The translations under genes and the position numbers were made by a program. This document shows, piece by piece, positions 10,087 through 18,433 of a stretch of DNA of 64,000 nt. The DNA lies in contig JAPLME010000007.1 in assembly GCA_026387175.1 (NCBI GenBank), positions 487 through 64,486 on the forward strand, in the 5' to 3' direction. This DNA is from Candidatus Omnitrophota bacterium (GTDB lineage Bacteria > Omnitrophota > Gorgyraeia > 2-01-FULL-45-10). The notes below the pieces were generated by a model. That model saw only the letters and a list, made by a program, of their open reading frames with translations. It was not told where the DNA came from and searched no databases. Numbering within the stretch: the stretch's first letter is position 1; each line of letters opens with the position of its first letter.

Positions 10087-10446
10087 ATGAGATTTAAAAC
10101 TACAATTCAATTAGTATCAGATGCACAGGACAAGAGCGAAGCATTAGATCTGGTCGAAGAATATCTCGCAGGCAATATAGTTTCCGGCGTAGATATGAGA
10201 TGCGTAACTAAACCGGTTTACAAGTCAAACATAGTATGTGTGGCGGCAATTTCATTGGCTATAGTTACCGGCATACTTGTAGGGTCGCATATCAAACATC
10301 CGCAAAACATGATACAGACAATCCCCGGCACAAGCGCTATCCAGTCACCCCTCAAGACCTCCGATATTACGCATAGTAAACCGGAGTTTAAGAAAGAATG
10401 GCAGGACAGGCAGACGAAAGAAGCGTTGGATCAGATTAGCCGGTAA
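10087..10446 (+). CDS. Hypothetical single-TM protein
   Basis: Upstream promoter, AAGGTGG RBS-like sequence and one hydrophobic segment. Confidence 0.6.
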   Translation: MRFKTTIQLVSDAQDKSEALDLVEEYLAGNIVSGVDMRCVTKPVYKSNIVCVAAISLAIVTGILVGSHIKHPQNMIQTIPGTSAIQSPLKTSDITHSKPEFKKEWQDRQTKEALDQISR

Positions 10447-10525
10447 TTCGCGGCGGTTCCCTCCTGATTTATCTTGAAATTTCAAAAATTCATTGTATAC
10501 TACTCCTATAGCTAAAGGAGAACGC

Positions 10526-11002
10526 ATGAAGATTTTGACGTATATTCTGATATTAGGGCTTGTTCTTTCGATGGGCGTTCCCGCCGTATGCGCGCGTGAT
10601 AATAACGATGATGATTCCGGTGATGAAGGCGGAAGCTCTACCTTGGGCAGCGCTATAATGGGCGGCCTTCTTGGCGGCGGCCTGGGTGCCGCTATAGGCA
10701 GCGGTAGCGGTAACGCAGGGAAAGGGGCATTGATAGGGGCCGGGATCGGAGCTGTCGGCGGCACGCTTATGGGAGCGGCAAAGGACGATCAGAGAAATAA
10801 AGACCGTCAGTATAAACGCGAGGCGCAGATGGAACAGCAGAGGTATGAAAAGGAGCAATATCTGCAGGAACCTGTTCCTGTTCAAGTGCAAGCGCCGGCT
10901 CAAGCGCAAGCTATGGAAACGTCGCCAATCAAGAAAAAGATCGTGCGCCAGTACGATTCCAACGGCAACGTGGTTTCGGAGAAGGAAGTCCCTGTCAACT
11001 GA
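10526..11002 (+). CDS. Secreted glycine-zipper protein
   Basis: AAGGAG RBS, signal peptide and GxxxGxxxG zipper (GALIGAGIGAVGG). Confidence 0.8.
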   Translation: MKILTYILILGLVLSMGVPAVCARDNNDDDSGDEGGSSTLGSAIMGGLLGGGLGAAIGSGSGNAGKGALIGAGIGAVGGTLMGAAKDDQRNKDRQYKREAQMEQQRYEKEQYLQEPVPVQVQAPAQAQAMETSPIKKKIVRQYDSNGNVVSEKEVPVN

Positions 11003-12489
11003 TAACTAAAAAAGATCCCGACATTTTAAAGTCCTACCTGGAGGATAGCTCAAACCTCAAAGGCGGCCACGCCGAAGAGGTGGCGATTCCGGAGAACATC
11101 GAAGAGCTTTCCGATTTCCTGAAAAAATCGAATTTCGAGAAGTTGCCCGTGACGATATCGGGTGGAGGTACCGCTACGACAGGTTCGCGCGTGCCATTCG
11201 GCGGCGCCGTGATCTCAATGGAGAAATTCAACAGGATATTGAAGATATCGAAGAAAGATATGTCAGCCACGCTTGGGGCCGGTGTGATGGTCGATGAGCT
11301 TAAGAAGGCCGCTGAGAGGGAAGGCCTCTTTTATACGTGCCACCCTACGGAAAGTTCCGCGTTTGTAGGAGGGACCATCTCCACTAATGCCTCAGGCTCA
11401 AGATCGTTTAAGTACGGACCCACCCGAAATTATGTGAAAAGGCTTAAGATGGTGCTCGCTGACGGCGCTGTAATGGACCTGCGTCGCGGCGAGGTTTTTC
11501 TGTCGCGCGAGAGTTCCAAAGTTAAAATGCCGGGCCGCACTGAAATAGTTGTGCCATTGCCGCATTACAGGATGCCCGACGTAAAAAGCTCTTCCGGCTA
11601 TTTCGCGAAAGACGGCATGGATCTGATAGATCTATTCATAGGACAGGAGGGGACCCTCTCCGTTATAGTCGAGGCCGAACTTGCGCTTGTTAAGAGGCCG
11701 CTTAAAATATTAAGCTCGTTCGTTTTTTTTAATAGAGAGGAAGACGCCTGGAGCTTCGCCTTCGAGGCCCGCGATCTTTCAAAGAAGAAGAGGGCCTCTC
11801 CCGGGAATTTAATGTTAGACGCTCTTTCGATAGAATATTTCGACTCAAATGCGCTTGCCATTTTAAGGGAGGCCAAAGCGAATATTCCTTCTAATGCGCG
11901 GGCCGCCATATTTTTTGAACAGGAGACGGTCACCGGCAAAGATGGAGATAAGGTTCTGGATGAATGGCTCGGGCTTATCTCGAAGCATGGGGCGCCGCTC
12001 GATGATACATGGGTCGCCATGAACGAGAAGGAAGCGGCGAAATTCGCAGAATTCCGGCATGCCGTTCCGGAGGCTGTCAATGATCTTGTAAGGGAATACG
12101 GTTACCATAAGTTCAGCACGGATATAGCGGTGCCTGATGGCAGGGCGCTGGAAATGCTGGAGTTCTATACCGGGACATTGAGGAACCAAAAGCTCAGGCA
12201 CGTTATGTTCGGCCATATAGGAGAAAGCCACGTTCATGTCAATATCCTGCCCAGGTCCGAGGAAGAGTTAACAGCGGCCAGGGAAATTGTTCTAAGATTC
12301 GTGAGGAAAGGCGTTTCGGTGGGCGGGGCCGTATCTGCCGAACACGGTATAGGTAAGATAAAGCACAAATATCTGGAAGAGATGTATGGAACTTCCGGTG
12401 TGTTGGAGATGTCTAAGATAAAGAAGGCGTTTGACCCTAATTGCATCCTGGGGCTCGATAATATATTTCCGAGAGAGCTGTTGAAATGA
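10999..12489 (+). CDS. FAD-linked oxidase (GlcD / D-lactate dehydrogenase family); probable CTG start at 10999
   Basis: SGGGT, GGTISTNASG, GQEGTL, FGHIG and SAEHGIG motifs. The frame extends upstream of GTG 11080 to a CTG that overlaps the previous stop. Confidence 0.88.
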   Translation: MITKKDPDILKSYLEDSSNLKGGHAEEVAIPENIEELSDFLKKSNFEKLPVTISGGGTATTGSRVPFGGAVISMEKFNRILKISKKDMSATLGAGVMVDELKKAAEREGLFYTCHPTESSAFVGGTISTNASGSRSFKYGPTRNYVKRLKMVLADGAVMDLRRGEVFLSRESSKVKMPGRTEIVVPLPHYRMPDVKSSSGYFAKDGMDLIDLFIGQEGTLSVIVEAELALVKRPLKILSSFVFFNREEDAWSFAFEARDLSKKKRASPGNLMLDALSIEYFDSNALAILREAKANIPSNARAAIFFEQETVTGKDGDKVLDEWLGLISKHGAPLDDTWVAMNEKEAAKFAEFRHAVPEAVNDLVREYGYHKFSTDIAVPDGRALEMLEFYTGTLRNQKLRHVMFGHIGESHVHVNILPRSEEELTAAREIVLRFVRKGVSVGGAVSAEHGIGKIKHKYLEEMYGTSGVLEMSKIKKAFDPNCILGLDNIFPRELLK

Positions 12490-12560
12490 AATGAGCTTGA
12501 ATTTTATAAAATATAGGAGTATTATTAATCCATACTTTATAAAATGAGGGGGAACGACGG

Positions 12561-13313
12561 ATGAATATTAGAAAATCGGGATCATGTCTTATAGCTGTAT
12601 TATTTATATGTGTTTTATTTGTTGCTTTCACTTACGGGCAAGACGATGATAATACCCGAAACGTGTTAAAACAGGGCCTGCTTGGAGCGGGAGTCGGCGC
12701 CATATCGTCCTCGGCATCGGGCGGAAACGCTGGACAGGGCGCGTTGATAGGCGCCGGAACGTCGGTCATAGGCAGCGCTCTCTTAGACGCTATTACCGGC
12801 CCTTCATCCTCATCTTCTTCGCGCAGGAGCGCGCCGCCACCGGATAACTATTATTACGCGGATTCGCCCCAGGATTATTACTATGAAGAGGAACCTCCCC
12901 AGGAATCCGGCACATCTAAGATATTGAAGCAGGGGCTTGTTGGCGCGGGCACCGGGGCCCTGGCCTCCGGTATGTCCGGTGGTGACGCCGGCAAAGGCGC
13001 GTTAATAGGCGCCGGAACCTCGGTCATAGGCAATGCTCTTCTGGACGCGATAACCCAGCCGCCGCAGCAGAGGAGAAAAGTATACAGGCGCGCGCCGCCG
13101 CCACAGCAGTATCCTCCGCAGCAGCAGTATCCGCCGCAGGCTTATCAACAGCAGTACCAGCCTCAACAGCAATATCAGCCTCAGGCCCAACCCCAGCCTC
13201 AGAACATCCAGGTCTCGGAAGAGCCGACAGGATCGGGCGAGGGGAAGAAGAAGATCGTCAAAAAATATGACGCTAACGGAAAACTGGTTTCAGAGGAAGA
13301 GATATATTACTAG
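12561..13313 (+). CDS. Secreted tandem glycine-zipper protein with a Q/P-rich linker
   Basis: Signal peptide, two copies of LKQGLxGAG...GALIGAGTSVIG.ALLDAIT, and PPQQQY repeats. Confidence 0.8.
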   Translation: MNIRKSGSCLIAVLFICVLFVAFTYGQDDDNTRNVLKQGLLGAGVGAISSSASGGNAGQGALIGAGTSVIGSALLDAITGPSSSSSSRRSAPPPDNYYYADSPQDYYYEEEPPQESGTSKILKQGLVGAGTGALASGMSGGDAGKGALIGAGTSVIGNALLDAITQPPQQRRKVYRRAPPPQQYPPQQQYPPQAYQQQYQPQQQYQPQAQPQPQNIQVSEEPTGSGEGKKKIVKKYDANGKLVSEEEIYY

Positions 13314-13387
13314 CCGATGAAAAGGCCGATGCCAGAGACATCGGCACTTAGCCTGCAATACGGCTGAATAAACTAGGAGCGTATAGT

Positions 13388-13636
13388 ATGAAGAATATAA
13401 GTTGGGTGGCGGTAGTTCTTATATTGGCTGTTTTGTTTATCCTCGAGTTTCGCTATACAGTTGTGGTCCATTCCCCGATCGTGGCAAAGGTAGACCGTCT
13501 TACCGGCGATGTATGGATAGCCAATTCCGGAATGTGGCTAAAGGTGCAGCATTCCGTAAAAGACAAGGCTGTTCCACAGGCCGCGAGTTCTGTCCAGAAA
13601 CCGGCTAAAGATGCCTCGCAGGAAAAATCCAAATAA
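13388..13636 (+). CDS. Small membrane-anchored hypothetical protein
   Basis: GGAG RBS, N-terminal TM helix and DRLTG motif. Confidence 0.6.
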   Translation: MKNISWVAVVLILAVLFILEFRYTVVVHSPIVAKVDRLTGDVWIANSGMWLKVQHSVKDKAVPQAASSVQKPAKDASQEKSK

Positions 13637-13658
13637 AGTCGTAATAGCCTAGCCAAAA

Positions 13659-14201
13659 ATGCCGAAAGAGCTTAAGTATATCCAGGTTGCCGCGCTTCTC
13701 ATAGCAGCGATAATTTATCTGGGTATAAAAAATTACCCGTTTACCAAAAGCACATCCGGAACAGATAAAACCGAATTTTATTATGTCGCGCGGGTAGTCG
13801 ACGGCGATACGTTAAAGCTTTCTTCGGGTGAAAAGATCAGGCTTATCGGGATGGATACGCCGGAGGTATATTACAGTAATAAACTTTTGAGAGACTCGAA
13901 AAGAAGCGGCACAGATATAAAGACGATACAGTCCTTGGGCGCCAAGGCATCCAAATTCACTAAAGATCTCTGTCTCGGCAAGAGAGTGCGGCTTGAATAT
14001 GATGCTGTAAAACATGATCGATACGGCAGAACGCTGGCATACGTATATCTGGAAGACGGCACATTTGTAAACGCGAAGATCGTAGAAGAGGGTTATGGAC
14101 AGATTATGACCGTGCCTCCCAATGTAAAATATGCCGACTATTTCCTGAAACTGGAAAGGCAGGCAAGGGAGGGCAAGAAAGGGCTCTGGAAATTTAAATG
14201 A
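13659..14201 (+). CDS. Thermonuclease (staphylococcal nuclease family)
   Basis: VVDGDT, IRLIGMDTPE, DRYGRTLAYV and KKGLW motifs. Confidence 0.92.
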   Translation: MPKELKYIQVAALLIAAIIYLGIKNYPFTKSTSGTDKTEFYYVARVVDGDTLKLSSGEKIRLIGMDTPEVYYSNKLLRDSKRSGTDIKTIQSLGAKASKFTKDLCLGKRVRLEYDAVKHDRYGRTLAYVYLEDGTFVNAKIVEEGYGQIMTVPPNVKYADYFLKLERQAREGKKGLWKFK

Positions 14202-14229
14202 AAATGGGTTATAATTAAAAACGGATATT

Positions 14230-15150
14230 ATGGAAGAGTTTAAAATTCTTAAAAATGTGGAGTTAACAAATCCCGTCATGATCGCGGGCTGGCCCGGTAT
14301 GGGCAGCGTAGCGCTCGGTGTCGTAGACTATTTGCGCAAGACTCTCGATGCGAATCCGCTGGCCGAGATAAGATTGGATCCCATGGCGACGGTAGATTCC
14401 GTGGTAGTTGAAAACGGCATAGCGAGCCTGCCTCCGGGACCTAAGAACACTTTATACTATACGAAAAATCCCGATCTGATAATCCTGGAAGGAGAAGTGC
14501 AGCTTGCGGGGCCTGCCGGTATAGCCTTATTGAACAAGATTCTGGATCTGGCCGTAAAATTTAAAGTGAAGGCTATATATACAGGCGCGGCATTCCCTTT
14601 GCCCATAAGTCATAAGGAGGATCCTGATATCTATGGCGCGGTCAATAAAAAGTCGCTTACCGGAATGCTCTCAGGACTTGACATAAAGGCCATGGAAGAA
14701 GGCCATATATCCGGCCTCAACGGCCTTATCCTTGGGCTTGCTAAAGAAAGAGATATAGACGCCGTCTGCCTACTGGCGACGATGCCCCAATACGCGATAA
14801 GCCTCCCTAATCCTAAGGCGTCCGGCGCTATTATCGAGACTCTCGAGAAGATACTGAATTTCGTGGTATCCCTGGAAGAGATGGACGAGTATATAAGGGA
14901 GATGGATGAGAAGATGTCCGCCATAGAGGAGAAGGTCAAGGATGTGATGACGATAGAGAATAAAGAACTTCACTCTACTCCGGAAGCGAAGAAGGTACCC
15001 GGTTATATAGTGGAGAAGATAGAGAAGCTATTTCAGGAAGCTAAGAAGGACAAATCTAAGGCGAAAGCGCTGAAGAAGGAACTGGATCGGTGGGATCTGT
15101 ATAAGCTCTATGAGGACAGGTTTCTCGACCTGTTCAAAGACAGCCAATGA
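14230..15150 (+). CDS. PAC2-family (proteasome assembly chaperone-like) protein
   Basis: IAGWPGMGSV, ISGLNGLILG and PNPKAS motifs. Confidence 0.8.
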   Translation: MEEFKILKNVELTNPVMIAGWPGMGSVALGVVDYLRKTLDANPLAEIRLDPMATVDSVVVENGIASLPPGPKNTLYYTKNPDLIILEGEVQLAGPAGIALLNKILDLAVKFKVKAIYTGAAFPLPISHKEDPDIYGAVNKKSLTGMLSGLDIKAMEEGHISGLNGLILGLAKERDIDAVCLLATMPQYAISLPNPKASGAIIETLEKILNFVVSLEEMDEYIREMDEKMSAIEEKVKDVMTIENKELHSTPEAKKVPGYIVEKIEKLFQEAKKDKSKAKALKKELDRWDLYKLYEDRFLDLFKDSQ

Positions 15151-16400
15151 TAAAATCAGCCTCCCCCTATAAAAAGATATTTATCATAGTTATATCCCTA
15201 ACCATATTGGCCGTCGTGGGCCTATTTATAGGCAGGTATCAAATCCTTCAATATTCCACTGAAAAGATAGTCAGAAAGTTATTGCCTGATTATATCGTAG
15301 TAGAAAAAATGAACTTCAATTATAGGGATAGTAAGATAATTTTTAGCGCTTTTAAAATCCTGAATCCTCCAAATTTCTCAAACAAATACCTGATAGAGAT
15401 CGGCGAGATGGAGTGCCGGTATAAAATGAAAGGCAAGAACATACTGGATGGGATCGAGATTTTGGAGCCGGTATTTAAAAAACCGGTATTATTTATAGAG
15501 AGGTTGGCTGGCGGGCGGACGAACCTTCAGGAGATGACCAGTCTTTTACAGAAAAAAGATCAAGAAGCTAAGATTCTTAAGCCGGCTGCTGCTGCAGGAT
15601 CTCAAATGGCTGCGGATAGCCGGATGGCAGGGGGGAGTAACTTATCCAAAATCGTGAAGTTGCCGGAAAATTTTATCATAAAGGACGGCAGAGTTGTTTT
15701 TCTGGATGGGATGGTCCGGCCGGGGACGTATACGATCACTCTTGATAATGTTGATGCCGCCTTGCGCCTCGCCCTCGACAGCTCTTATACCAGAGCTCTC
15801 AGTATCTCTACGACCGGCATGGGCATCGTTAACGGCAGGCCCGGCGAAACCATAAAATGGGATACTAAATTCGATCCTACGGCGCGCGAGCTTACTATGT
15901 CTAACAGGTTCAACGTCTCAGGCGTAGACATCCTGGCTTTTCGACCGTATTATGATAGGTATTCGCCTCTTGTTTTCAATAGTGGCTATTTCTCAGGCTC
16001 GCTTATATTCGATTTTGATAATGGCAGCATAGGCTCGACAAATGAGGTGCTCCTGTCGAAGATATCATTTTCCATAAAGAGAGGGTATGAGAACGCGCAG
16101 TTTTTGGAGACTACAGTGCCCGACCTTGTGAAATATTTTACTTCAGCAAGCGGCGACATCATATTCGATTTTAAGATAAAGGGCCGGATGTCGGACCCCC
16201 AGTTTTACCTGGGCCCGATCTCTAAACAGGCAGTAGCCGCGATGGCGATAGATAAGATCACCCAGGCATTATCGAATGCGGCCAAAGGCCAGGCGAGTCC
16301 GCAAAGCGCCGGGGCCATTGGGACCGGGAAAAGCAGTGATATCGAGAAGGCCTCGGAGTATATTAATATGTTCAAAGGACTGCTGAAGGAAAAACAATAG
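15147..16400 (+). CDS. AsmA/DUF748-like periplasmic protein
   Basis: N-terminal TM anchor, beta-rich body, G.TNL motif and C-terminal IKG..SDPQF. Confidence 0.6.
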   Translation: MIKSASPYKKIFIIVISLTILAVVGLFIGRYQILQYSTEKIVRKLLPDYIVVEKMNFNYRDSKIIFSAFKILNPPNFSNKYLIEIGEMECRYKMKGKNILDGIEILEPVFKKPVLFIERLAGGRTNLQEMTSLLQKKDQEAKILKPAAAAGSQMAADSRMAGGSNLSKIVKLPENFIIKDGRVVFLDGMVRPGTYTITLDNVDAALRLALDSSYTRALSISTTGMGIVNGRPGETIKWDTKFDPTARELTMSNRFNVSGVDILAFRPYYDRYSPLVFNSGYFSGSLIFDFDNGSIGSTNEVLLSKISFSIKRGYENAQFLETTVPDLVKYFTSASGDIIFDFKIKGRMSDPQFYLGPISKQAVAAMAIDKITQALSNAAKGQASPQSAGAIGTGKSSDIEKASEYINMFKGLLKEKQ

Positions 16401-16401
16401 A

Positions 16402-17625
16402 ATGGGGAAGATAGAGCGAAATTTTTTATGGCTGACAGCTGCCAATATTGCAGGCAGCTTTTTTACTGTCATACTATTCATCTATCTGGCCAGGATCCTT
16501 GAAGCAGCGAACTTCGGATATCTTTCGTATGCCAGCGCTTTAGTATTTTACCTTTTTAATTTCATAGATTTGGGGCTTTCGACATACGGCATAAGAGAGA
16601 TCGCTAAGGATAAATCCGCGGTGTCCGAATATGTGTCAAATATAGTCTCTTTTAAGTTAATACTTGCGGTCATCCTCTTCATAGGCTTTGCCCTGATAAG
16701 CTTTTTAACGCATCAGTTTGCGCTTACGAGGATCCTTATGCTGGAGTTATCACTGATGTTTTTTGTATCAGCCTTAGCCTCCGAATGGGCGTTCCAGGGA
16801 CTTGAAAAGATGCATATGGTCTTTGTGTCGCTTGGGGTTACGTCTTTTCTTCAGCTCTTACTGAACATTCTTCTGGTAAAGCACCCCGGCGATGTCTTAA
16901 AGGTACCGCTTATTAACTTCTTAGCGTCAATGCCTGTAATAGTATTCTTTTTGCACCGGCTAAGGTTCAGGTTCCGTTTATTTTCACTTGATTTAAAAAA
17001 GATCCGGCTCTACCTGTCGAGCGCCATCGTAATATGGTCGATATCGATCTTCGCTCAAGTCTATAACGGCCTGGACATAGTGATACTTGGTTTCTTCAGG
17101 CCGCCCCAGGAAGTCGGTTATTTCAGCGTCGCAAGGCGCATCGTAGGCGGCGTAACGCTCTTGCTGACGTTTCTGGCCAGCGCTGTGCTGCCGCACCTGT
17201 CATGTACGTTTAAAGACGATATGCCCGGTTTCCGGCAGGGTACACGTAAATTTTTAAAAATGTCAGGCATAATATTGGTACTCGTATTCGTGCCTGTAAT
17301 GTTATTCAGCGGCCGGATCATATCACTTACCGTCGGGAGCGAGTATCTGCCCGCCAGCGTCCCGTTGAAGATAATGATAATGGCGATCATTCTGGTGACA
17401 TTCAATCTGCCGTATTCAACAGGCCTGATAGCGGCGTGCATGGAAAGAGAGGTGCTGAAGCAGGCCTCGGCCAGCGCGGCCTTGAGCGTATTTTTAAATT
17501 TCCTACTTATACCGAGATATGGTATGATAGGCGCATCCGTATCATTCTTATTTGCTGAGCTATTGGCGCTTGTTTGGATCCTTTGGGTTTATAATAACAA
17601 GATCCGCGCTCGTAGAAAGGCATAA
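16402..17625 (+). CDS. Polysaccharide flippase (Wzx/MOP family)
   Basis: About 12 TM helices; ARIL..FG, DLGL..YG.REIA and LIPRYG.IGA motifs. Confidence 0.88.
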   Translation: MGKIERNFLWLTAANIAGSFFTVILFIYLARILEAANFGYLSYASALVFYLFNFIDLGLSTYGIREIAKDKSAVSEYVSNIVSFKLILAVILFIGFALISFLTHQFALTRILMLELSLMFFVSALASEWAFQGLEKMHMVFVSLGVTSFLQLLLNILLVKHPGDVLKVPLINFLASMPVIVFFLHRLRFRFRLFSLDLKKIRLYLSSAIVIWSISIFAQVYNGLDIVILGFFRPPQEVGYFSVARRIVGGVTLLLTFLASAVLPHLSCTFKDDMPGFRQGTRKFLKMSGIILVLVFVPVMLFSGRIISLTVGSEYLPASVPLKIMIMAIILVTFNLPYSTGLIAACMEREVLKQASASAALSVFLNFLLIPRYGMIGASVSFLFAELLALVWILWVYNNKIRARRKA

Positions 17626-17638
17626 AAAGGGAGGCAGC

Positions 17639-17812
17639 ATGGCAGAGATATCGAGAACCGAATTTAAGGGTAAGCCGGTCCTGGTAATAAAAAGGGACGC
17701 AGAAGATAAGTATCCGTTCAGCTTTGGCCTGACAAAAGCGAAACTTATCCTGGAAAATCTTGAAGAGATAAAGAGGTTTGTCGAGGATAATTCAAAAGAA
17801 GCCGGCGAATAA
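17639..17812 (+). CDS. Small conserved hypothetical protein (57 aa)
   Basis: GGGAGG RBS before ATG 17639; EFKGKPV...YPFSFGLTKAKLIL. Confidence 0.65.
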   Translation: MAEISRTEFKGKPVLVIKRDAEDKYPFSFGLTKAKLILENLEEIKRFVEDNSKEAGE

Positions 17813-17821
17813 TATCGTTTG

Positions 17822-18142
17822 ATGCGTTTTTTGAACAGGCTGTTATTTTTTATAGGCTGGCTCTTATCGCCGTTTACTACCTGGAACGACATATTTATAA
17901 ATATCCCTTTGGCGTATCTTGCGGCCAGCCTATTTTTTAAAATATTTCCTAACAATTTCGCTCTGCAGGTAATAATTTTTTACTGGCTCAGTAACGGTCT
18001 CGGATTATTATTGATGTACACGACGGGCCGTAACGTATTAAAAGAAAAACGCCTGAGTTTCAGATCGATCCTCAGCACACTCCTAATCTACAGCATTATT
18101 TTATTTCTGCTCGATAAATTTGTTAATCTCCGTCCTGTGTAA
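17822..18142 (+). CDS. Hypothetical membrane protein
   Basis: Three or four hydrophobic segments; GWLLSPFT.WND.F.NIPLAY. Confidence 0.6.
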   Translation: MRFLNRLLFFIGWLLSPFTTWNDIFINIPLAYLAASLFFKIFPNNFALQVIIFYWLSNGLGLLLMYTTGRNVLKEKRLSFRSILSTLLIYSIILFLLDKFVNLRPV

Positions 18143-18192
18143 GGCGAAAAAGCTAACTTTCGTTAGGCCTTAAAAAAGTTTGTATTTAGCTA

Positions 18193-18220
18193 TTGACACT
18201 TTTAAAATCTGTGATATACT
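18193..18220 (+). promoter_or_regulatory. Sigma70-type promoter driving the riboswitch leader
   Basis: TTGACA-16 bp-TATACT with a TG extension. Confidence 0.8.
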
Positions 18221-18230
18221 CGAACTGTAG

Positions 18231-18365
18231 CTTCGATAAAGGCAAAGCCGTCGAAAGACGGTGGCGTTCCCTGAAGTGGAGAAGGGGACTGCGGCCTAAG
18301 AGAAAATAGGCCGTAGCAAAGCCAAGGATCTAGAAAATTAACTAGATAGCCTGGTTACCGAAAAG
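18231..18365 (+). ncRNA. c-di-GMP-I (GEMM) riboswitch aptamer with a 50-nt insertion
   Basis: GGCAAA-gccgtc-GAAA-gacggt-GGC...GCAAAGCC...GATAGC-CTGGTTACCGAA matches the GEMM consensus. G20-, A47- and C92-equivalent bases are present. Confidence 0.85.
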
Positions 18366-18389
18366 CGGTTTCGGAAACCAGGCTTTTTT
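18348..18389 (+). terminator. Riboswitch expression-platform terminator
   Basis: agcctggtt-a-ccgaaa/tttcgg-a-aaccaggct followed by a T run; it overlaps the 3' strand of the aptamer. Confidence 0.85.
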
Positions 18390-18433
18390 ATTACGGTGGT
18401 AGTGAGGCTTCAATAACCAAAAGGGGGTACTCC

